57,535 bases of DNA from Chiloscyllium plagiosum (taxonomy: Eukaryota). Every line of letters begins with the position of its first letter. Positions within the stretch are counted from its first letter, which is position 1. A program made the translations under genes and the position numbers. The stretch spans positions 676,138-733,672 of the forward strand of contig NC_057746.1 of the NCBI RefSeq assembly GCF_004010195.1, written 5' to 3'. The notes beneath the pieces were generated by a model. The model was not told the origin of the DNA. It was given only the letters and a program-made list of their open reading frames with translations, and did not search any database. Shown one piece after another: positions 49,244 to 57,535 of this stretch.

Positions 49244-49499
49244 ATTTCCCTCCTTAACTCTTTGTTGCCTCAATTATAGAGCCTATTCAATCCTGGAACA
49301 AAACACCGACCCATTTACTCTCACATTATTTGCCATATACCTGCATATCCAGTTCAAAGTAATAGATTAGAAAGAGCTGGGTGATGATTCATTGTGTCTT
49401 CATTTATTAACTGTTTGTAACCCTCTGTAATTATGTTTAAAAATGTTCAGCCATCAACTTGTAAATACGAAAAATAATCCAAAACAAACGAAACACATG

Positions 49500-49817
49500 C
49501 AGCACGGTGGCTCAGTGGTTAGCACTGCTGCCTCACTGCGGCAGGGGCTTGGGATCAATTCCAGTCTCGGGTGACTGTCTGTGTGGAATTTGCACATTCT
49601 CCCAATATCTGCGTGGCTTTCCTCCCACTATCTAAAGATGGGTAGGGTAGGGTGGATTGGCCATGCTAAACTGTCCACAGTGTTCAGGGATGTGTAGGTT
49701 GGGTGCATTAGTCAGGTTTTAAATGTAGAGGAATGGGTTTGGTTGGGTTACTCTTGGGAGGGTTGGTGTAGACTTGTTGGGCCTAAAGGCTTGTTTCCAA
49801 ACTGTCGGGATTCTATG
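49500..49817 (+). mobile_element. HE1-type V-SINE
   Basis: Head, V-domain and tail. Confidence 0.8.
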
Positions 49818-50369
49818 AAACTTAGTAGGCAATACTCAAACCCAGTTATTTCCTACTGTTTAATTCTGACCTTTGATAGGGAGAAGACGTATTAACAGTA
49901 AAGGGTGGGGCAAGACAGCTATCCATTTTGAGACGTTTTCAATACGGAGCCGAGCTGCTCCGAGCTGTATGATTAATACCTGAATAACCGCTTATTGGCA
50001 AGAATAGTCCCCAAGGCCGAGGCTCAGGCCTGACAGACAGCATCACAACAACAGTATAGGTTCAGTGCCTATAAAACACCCTAAGCAATTCACAAACATA
50101 TTATTGAACAAATGTAACCCTCCAAGCCTCAGGAGGAGAGATGAGGGTGCTTGTTCAAATGCTTGGACCAAATAGAATGGTCGAAAGGGAATCAAGAGAG
50201 GACCAGGGAGCAAATTCCGTTCCTTAGAGCCTTGGAAGTTGAAGGCATTTCTCCTAATTTTATGCTGCTTAAATTGGAAATGTGTAGAATATCATTGTTT
50301 GGAAAACATAGATATTTCTAAAGTTATAAGGCACGAAAAGTTTATAAAAGACAGGACAGACTAGGTCCC

Positions 50370-51080
50370 GAGACCTCAGCCTCAGAGTGAAGGAACAACC
50401 CCTTAGAACTGAGACGAATTTCTTCAACCAGGGAGTGGTTAAACTACAGAACTCATTGCCGCAGATGGCTGTAGAGGCCAAGTCATTGAGAACATTTTTA
50501 TAGATACACAGATTATTGATTGGAAAGGGGATCATAGGTTGCAGGAGAAGGCAGGAGTTTGGGGTTGAGAAACAAATCATCCAGGAGGATTTGAGCTTTA
50601 GGGAGAGGTTGAATAGGCTGGAGCTGTTTTCCCCAGAGCGCGGAGGCTGAGGGGTGACCTTATAGAGGTTTATAAAATCATGAGGGGCATGGATCGGGCA
50701 AATAGACAAGGTCTTTTTCATGGGGTGGGGGAGTCCAGAACCAGAGGGCATAGGTTCAGAGTGAGAGGCGAAAGATATTAAGGGGACCTAAGGGGCAACG
50801 TTTTCACTCAGAGGGTGGTACGTGTATGGAATGAGCTGCCACAGGAAGTGGTGGAGGCTGGTACAATTACAACATTTAAAAGGTGGGTATATGAATAGGA
50901 AGGTTTAGAGGGATATGGGCCAAGTGTGAGCAAATAGGACTAGATTAGGTTGGGACATCTGGTCAGCATGGACGAGTTGGACCAAAGGGTCTGTTTCCAT
51001 GCTGTACATCTGAATGATGAAATGGCAGAACTGATGGGTTGGGTTGAATGGCTGAATTCTGCTCCTATACTTTATGGTCT
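50370..51080 (+). mobile_element. Nested CR1 LINE 3' ends (younger copy 50584-51012 inside an older one)
   Basis: RT C-terminal and tail sequences of two subfamilies. Confidence 0.75.
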
Positions 51081-51235
51081 AAGTGGGGGGAGATGAAGCC
51101 TTGAAGGATTCAAATGCAAGGGTGAGGGTTTTAAAGTTGTGAAGTGATTCACTATCCCAATGCAGGTCAGGGAACATCTAGTTTTTGTCATGGAGAGCTG
51201 AAGATAAGAGTACATTGGAATTGTTCAGATTACTG

Positions 51236-51546
51236 GGAGGCACGGTGGCTAAGTGGTTAGCACTGCTCACCTGGGTTGATTCCAGCCTCTGGCAACTATT
51301 TGTGTGGAGTTGGCATGTTCTCCCGCTGTCTGTGAGGGTTTCCTCCCACAGTCCAAAGGTGAGCAGGTTAGGTTGGCCACACTAAATTGCCCGTAGTGCC
51401 CAGGGATGTGCAGGCTAGTTGGGATGAGCCATGGGAAATGCAGGGGGACAGGGGAACGGGTAGGGTGATGGATGTTCTTTGGAGGGACAGTATGGACTTG
51501 ATGGGCCAAATGGCCTACTTTGACACTGCAGGTGTTCTATGATTCT
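51236..51546 (+). mobile_element. HE1-type V-SINE, degenerate
   Basis: Head, V-domain and tail. Confidence 0.7.
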
Positions 51547-51974
51547 AAAAGCAAAAGCAACATGGAGTATATAAACACAACAGATTGTCTGAATAGCAAC
51601 AGTTCGATAATACCAGCTTGATGAATACATAGATTACTGGAAACTGGGTTCAAATGAAGCCCAGGTGATGGGAAGAAGGGACCTCTCACTATATGTGAGA
51701 TGGATTTGATACATTCTTCTCAAAGTTCCTGGTCATCTAAGGCCCACAGTGGAAGATAGAATAACACTGAAGCTGCCACATTGCAATGGCAGAATATGTT
51801 TGTCTAAAGTTGGGAGTGAAGAGGAAGATATAAAGACAGATATAGAGTCAGGAAAGCTCAGACACTTTCTGTTCTTTAAGCTTCAAGCAAGTTAGACTGC
51901 ATCAGGTGGGGGAATTTAACAAAAAAAATCAAAAGATCAATAGAAACTTATCAAAATTTGACCAAATACAGTAA

Positions 51975-52205
51975 CTAGGGTGCTGGGGTACACAAGCCCT
52001 TATATGGCCCATCAGTCTCTATAGGTCTCTGTTGTGCTGGAGCACTCTGCATGTTCCTTTTCCATTGACAATCAAAGACCAAGGAAGAGGGGCACACAGC
52101 TGGGAGCTCTAGCCCCTCCACATCTCTCTGCTTGGAGCTATTGATGACTACCTTGACCATGCCCAGGAGCAGGCCCATGAGGAGGCGTCCTGATATGCCC
52201 ACTCC
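51975..52205 (-). mobile_element. Degenerate Tx1-clade ORF2 C-terminal fragment
   Basis: Minus peptide LLMGLLLGMVKVVINSSKQRDVEG resembles the Tx1 C-terminal helix. Confidence 0.45.
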
Positions 52206-52549
52206 CTAGTGTTGCATAGAACACAACCAAAGTTTTAAAAGCAGCCTTGTTAACACACAAACAAGGGGTTGAAAACAAAAACATGCAAAATGGCCATGAA
52301 ATGCAATTTCCTTCCGGTTCCAAAAACCCCATGTGGGCTGGCACTCGGTGTTTATTACAAAGGACTGCTGTGTTCAACAGTTTCTAGCCCAGGTGCCCAG
52401 TGGAGGGAGGGAATACCTCCCTTTGTAAACTGCTCTTCATTGGGAAAATCGGCCGCTGAAGGTGGAACATTACACCAAGGTGAGGAAGTGAAGAGTGTGG
52501 AGAGACATCAGTCCTCCCCATTCATGTCAGCCCTCCACGATGGCCAGGA

Positions 52550-53575
52550 ATCTAGTCAGCCCAGTGGCCCCCAGACTGGTCAGCCCAGCGGCCCCTAGAC
52601 TGGTCAGCCCAGCGACCCCCAGACTGGTCAGCTCAGCGACCCCCAGACTGGTCAGCCCAGAGGCCCCCAGGTTGGTCAACCCAGTGACCCCCAGACTGGT
52701 CAGCTCAGCGGCTCCGAGACTGGTCAGCCCAGTGACCCCCAGACTGGTCAGCCCAGCGGCTCCGAGACTGGTCAGACCGGTGGCCCCCAGACTGGTCAGC
52801 CCAGCATCCCCCACACTGGTCAGCCCAGCGGCTCCGAGACTAGTGAGCCCAGCGTCCCCCAGACTGGTCAGCCCAGCAGCCCCCAGGTTGTTCAGCCCAG
52901 TGGCTCCGAGACTGGTCAGCCCAGCGGCCCCGAGACTGGTCAGCTCAGCGGCCCCCAGGTTGGTCAGCCCAGTGGCCCCCAGGTTGGTCAGCCCAGTGGC
53001 CCCCAGGTTGGTCAGCCCAGCAGACCCCAGGTTGGTCAGCCCAGTGGCCCCCAGACTGGTCAGCCCAGCGGTCCCCAAGTTGGTCAGCCCAGCACCCTCC
53101 AGACTGGTCAGACCAGTGGCCCCGAGACTGGTCAGCCCAGCGTCCCCAAAGTTGGTCAGCCCAGCACCCTCCAGACTGGTCAGACCAGTGGCCCCGAGAC
53201 TGGTCAGCCCAGTGGCCCCCAAGTTGGTCAGCCCAGCGGCCCCCTGGCTGGTCAGCCCAGCGGCCCCCAGGTTGGTCAGCCCAGCAGCCCCCAGGTTGGT
53301 CAGCCCAGTGGCCCCCAGACTGGTCAGCCCAGCAGTCCCCAAGTTGGTCAGCCCAGCACCCTCCAGACTGGTCAGCCCAGCGGCTCCGAGACTGGTCAGC
53401 CCAGCGGTCCCCTGGTTGGTCAGCCCAGCACCCTCCAGACTGGTCAGCCCAGTGGCCCCCAGGTTGGTCAGCCCAGCGGCCCCCAGGTTGGTCAGCCCAG
53501 CGGCCCCCTGGCTGGTCAGCCCAGTAGCCCCCAGGTTGGTCAGCCCAGCGGCCCCCAGGTTGGTCAGCCCAGCGG
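52550..53575. repeat. 24-bp GC-rich tandem array, ~43 copies
   Basis: Unit AGACTGGTCAGCCCAGCGGCCCCC; no indels across the array. Confidence 0.95.
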
Positions 53576-53577
53576 CA

Positions 53578-53729
53578 GGACAGTGACGATCAGTGTCAGT
53601 GATCACACATTAACGGTAGAGACGGGACAGTGACGATCAGTGTCAGTGATCACACATTATCGGGAGAGACGGGGCAGTGACGATCAGTGTCAGTGATCAC
53701 ACATTACCGGGAGAGACGGGACAGTGACG
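53578..53729. repeat. 47-bp tandem repeat, ~3.2 copies
   Basis: CAGTGACG recurs at 53581, 53628, 53675 and 53722. Confidence 0.95.
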
Positions 53730-54869
53730 TGTTTTGGGACAAGGATGTTAATCCTGTGGGGATTCAGTAATGGTATCACCATTGAATGTCAAGTGACGTT
53801 GGTTAGATTGTCTCTGATTAGTGATGGCCATTGCCTAGTGTTTGCACGGTGAGATTGTTACTTGCTCCTGTCAGCTTGAGCCTGAACATTGGCCAGATTT
53901 TGCTGCATTTAAACATGGACTGCTTCCGTATCTGAGGAGTTGCCAATAGTGCTGAACATTGCACAATTATCGGCGAACATCCCCACTCTGAGCTTATCAT
54001 AAAGGGAATGTCCTTGATGAATCAGCTGAAGATGGGTGGGCCGAGGTCAGAGAAGTCCTGGAGCTGGGATGACTGACCTCCAATAACCATGACTATCTTC
54101 CTAAATGCCCTGTTTCACTCCAACAAGCAGAGAGTTTGCCCCTCATACTCGTTGATTCCAGTTTTACTCCGGCTCCTTGATGCCACACTCAGTCGGGTGA
54201 TAAATACACCACCATTCCTTCACTGTCACTGGGTCGCCATCCTGGAATACCCTCCCCTAGGGCATTGTGGATCAACCCACAGCAGTTCACCACCACCTTC
54301 TCAAGGGCAACGGGTGGTGCCTGGCACATTGTCTGAAAGTTATGATTCTTTGGGCATGATTATACCAGGCTGTTGTTTTGACTAGTCTGTGAGGCAACAA
54401 CTGAGTGACTTGCTCAGCCATCTCAGACTCATGCACATTGCTGTGGGTCTGGAGTCACATACAGACCAGAACAGGTAAGGATGGCATTTTCCTTCCCTGA
54501 AGGACAACTCGTGAGCCACTCGTTTTTTTTTGTCCCCCCACTCCAGTAATGATTAGATTCTCAAGTTCAGATATTTCACCATCTGCAGTGGCAGGATTCA
54601 AAGCTGGGTCCTCAGAACATTAGCTTAGTTTCTGGATTAATAGTTTAGCAACAATACCTCTCGGCCATCACCTTCCTTATATACCTCTGGTCTAGCAGGA
54701 AGATTTACAGGTTCACCAGTGTACAGTCTAACTCCAGTCTGGGGGAACCGTAATTCTAAGGTAGGGCATCAGAATGGAAAGCACTCTGCTGTCTCCAAGC
54801 CATGAATTCGTTCTTCCTGATAGTCCCCGGAAATGATGGCCGGATCGAAGACTTTAAATTTGGTTTTTC

Positions 54870-55032
54870 AATGTATAATTTCAGTTACATCACACTGTAA
54901 ATTTTTGCTATAAATTCTGTGTTAGGATTGAGCCCTCCACAATCACCAGATGAAGGAGCGTCGCTCCGAAAGCTAGTGCTTCCAATTAAACCTGTTGGGC
55001 TATAACCTGGTGTGTGATTTTTTTAACTTTAA
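54870..55032 (+). mobile_element. Second-family Penelope terminal repeat with hammerhead-like motif (54944-54978)
   Basis: CAC-CAGATGA-A-GGAGC-GTC-GCTCC-GAAA-GCTA-GTG. Confidence 0.65.
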
Positions 55033-55224
55033 ACTTGGTGACTGTGTTGTGGGCTGTCCATTCTGGCAGGGAGTGTGATCTATTGTGGACAGGATGAGTG
55101 TGATGCATCATGCAGTTGTCGCTTCTGTATGAACAAGCGACTCCTCCTCCGCCGCCTCACTGACACTGAGCTGAAGTCCTTTCGCTTTGTATCCGATCTT
55201 GTTGCTGCTGCCTGCAGTCACGGC

Positions 55225-55360
55225 GGCGAGTCCCGGGGACTTTCCACAGCGACACCGATTGGCCTGGCCCTGAAGGAGGTCTTGCTGCATTGTGCAAGGG
55301 AGGGAGGGCTGGAGCTGGCTGGTTCTGGGAATCCCCCAGTCGGGGAACTGCCCCCTTCTC
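55225..55360. promoter_or_regulatory. NF-kB / CCAAT site cluster in a CpG-rich patch
   Basis: GGGACTTTCC 55236-55245, ATTGG 55258-55262, GGGAATCCCC 55327-55336. Confidence 0.5.
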
Positions 55361-55699
55361 CGGTTCCTCAGGCAGCTCCCCCCTGCTCCCCTCCCACCCC
55401 CAGTGGGCAGTTAGCTCAGTCAAGAAAAACACTCTGACCTCCTCTGACAAAATCCGACCGCGCTGCAGCGTCAGGCAAACGCCTCCTGTCTTCATTGCTG
55501 CCATTAGCTGTGCCTTCTTTCTGCAGTGCAGAGCCAGAAACTAAACAACTAACGCCTTCCCGTGGGACTGTAGGGAATTATCGCGCGGATTCTTCAAGAC
55601 GTGTCTGCAACCTTTCACACCATTACCTTCCAACAGTCTGGACCCCAGGGAATCTGGGTCTGTACTTCCCTGGCGTTGCAGGGCGGCAGGATACTGAAG

Positions 55700-56663
55700 G
55701 CTTCCGTCATCCTTGCCTTTATTGGTCAGTGCATTGAGTGTAGGAGTCAGGGGGGTCATGCTGCGGCTGGACAGGACATTGAATTAGATTCCCTACTGTG
55801 TGGAAACAGGCCCTTCGGCCCAACAAGTCCACACCGACCCTCCGAAGAGCAATCCACCCAGACCTACTCCCTGACCCCACCTTTACCCTGACTAATGCAG
55901 CTAACCCACACATCCATAAACACTATGTGCGCAATTCAGCGTGGCCATTTCACCAAACCTGCACATCTTTAGATTGTGGGAGGACCCTGGATCACTTGGA
56001 GGAAACCCATGCAGGCACAGGAGAAATGTGCAAACTTCACACAGTCATCCAAGGCTGGAATTGAACCCATGTCTCTGGTGCTGTGAGGCAGTAGTGCTAA
56101 CCACTGACCTGCTGTCCCATTGGTTAGCCAACTGGAAATACTACATTCATTTCTGGTCTCCTTCCTATCAGAAAGATGTTGTGAAACTTGAAAGAGTTCA
56201 GAACAGATTTATAAGGATGCTGCCAGGGTTAGAAGATTTGAGCTGTAGGGAGAAGCTGAACAGACTGGGGCTGTTTTCCCTGGAGCGTCGGAGGCTGAGG
56301 GCTGACCTTATAGAGGTTTATAAAATTATGAGGGGCATGGATAGTGTAAATAGACAAAGTCTCTTCCCTGGGGTGGGGGAGTCCAGAACTAGAGGGCATA
56401 GGATTAGGGTGAGAGGGCATAGGTTAAGGGGCAACCTTTTCACACAGAGGATGGTACTTGTATGGAGTGAGCTGCCAGAGAAAGTGGTGGAGGCTGGTAC
56501 AATTGCAACATTTAAAAGGCATCTGGATGGGCACATGAATAGGAAGGGTTTGGTGGGATATGGGCCAAGTGCTGGCAAATGGGAGTAGATTAGGTTGGGA
56601 TATCTGGTCTGCATGGATGAAATAGACCGAAGGGTGTGTTTCCGTGCTGTACATCGCTGTGAC
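55700..56663 (+). mobile_element. CR1 LINE 3' part interrupted by a minus-strand HE1 SINE (55783-56107)
   Basis: Peptide FWSPSYQKDVVKLERVQNRFIRMLPGLE...; SINE reverse complement inside. Confidence 0.85.
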
Positions 56664-57189
56664 TTGATGACAGTTGACTCACTGGGATTGAGGGTCTGAG
56701 TCTTTCCTGTCTTAACCCAAACACTCATGTGCCCAAAGAATGCCATGTTTGTAGAGAACAATTATTTGTCACAAATATTTGTCATATTCTTCAATACCAC
56801 AAAATCCATGCCCAGTGGATGTTAAGGAGGTAACAAAAGCTTTACAACATCAGGAAAAACAAAGCACTAGAGGTAAACTCATTGCAGTGGTCATCTACGA
56901 AATACTCCACTATTTTGGTGATAGATATTTATAAAACTGATTGAAGATCAATGGGGCAACAGCTTTAGATAACAAAGGATTCCAACTAGGGGAGAATTTC
57001 TTATCGTTCAGGAGCATCAGTTTCTATGAAAACATAGAGCTGTAAAGCTATTTGTATCAGGCACTAACCACCAAAGAAACATTATATCTGTTTTAATTAG
57101 AATGTGAGTTATTTGAAAATAACACAAACATTTTAAGATTTGTCACCTTGAAAAGAAAACAATAAATACAATGCACTTTCAGAATACTG

Positions 57190-57535
57190 TGAACAATTCT
57201 GGGTTGCCCTTCTATAAGAGGGATGTTATTACACATGAGAGGAGACAGGAAAGATGTACAAAGATGTTTCTGGGAATGGAGGGTTTGAGCTATAGAGAGA
57301 GGCTAAACAGGCTGGGGCTGAGAGAAGGCCATTCCTGGCTGAGCGATCGCCACACCGGGCTGAGTGATCACCACACTGGGCTGAGAGATCACCACACCGG
57401 GCTGAGTGATCACCAAGGCTAAACAGGCTGGGGCTGAGAGAAGGCCATTCCTGGCTGAGCGATCGCCACACCGGGCTGAGTGATCACCACACTGGGCTGA
57501 GAGATCACCACACCGGGCTGAGTGATCACCACACC
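57190..57535. repeat. CR1 fragment running into a 21-bp minisatellite within a 116-bp higher-order repeat
   Basis: Unit GGGCTGAGTGATCACCACACY; AGGCTAAACAGG at 57300 and 57416; truncated by the window end. Confidence 0.85.

Noticed and set aside
52527-53606. 359-aa minus-strand (AGLTSLGA)n ORF
   Set aside because: Starts at a non-ATG codon inside the adjacent 47-bp repeat; unit variants are less often silent in this frame; antisense shadow of the array
55075-55544. 84-120 aa ORFs in the CpG-rich patch, considered as BRD2 or another gene exon
   Set aside because: No recognisable domain or convincing splice sites; better explained as GC-rich regulatory DNA

Overview
Repeat-rich vertebrate genomic DNA from a cartilaginous fish. 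The HE1/V-SINE and CR1 repeat content and the B2M sequence point to a shark, probably an orectolobiform (bamboo or nurse shark relative). The only clearly intact gene is beta-2-microglobulin (B2M, + strand, 3 coding exons 44844-44895, 46501-46776, 48174-48184; 112 aa). Its promoter has a perfect ISRE and a correctly spaced S-X1-X2-(Y) MHC-type module. About 28 kb upstream lies a dead array of ~12 C2H2 zinc fingers, resembling the MHC-linked B2M locus described in nurse shark. The rest is mostly mobile DNA: ~15 HE1-type SINEs, many CR1 LINE pieces, Penelope-like elements, Tx1-clade LINEs (one inverted, with a TSD), a decayed Charlie/Buster hAT transposase missed by the ORF track, and several tandem arrays. 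There are two N gaps (9343-9942, 34337-34846). Most notable items: (i) minimal hammerhead-ribozyme motifs in Penelope termini, including small palindromic ribozyme elements with 16-bp TSDs; (ii) the shark B2M ISRE/SXY promoter; (iii) an NF-kB/CCAAT CpG-rich cluster 7 kb downstream of B2M; (iv) a 24-bp array forming a 348-codon ORF with Kozak ATG and an apparent excess of synonymous variation. Repeat boundaries are approximate, read by eye. Literature statements are from memory and no database searches were run.
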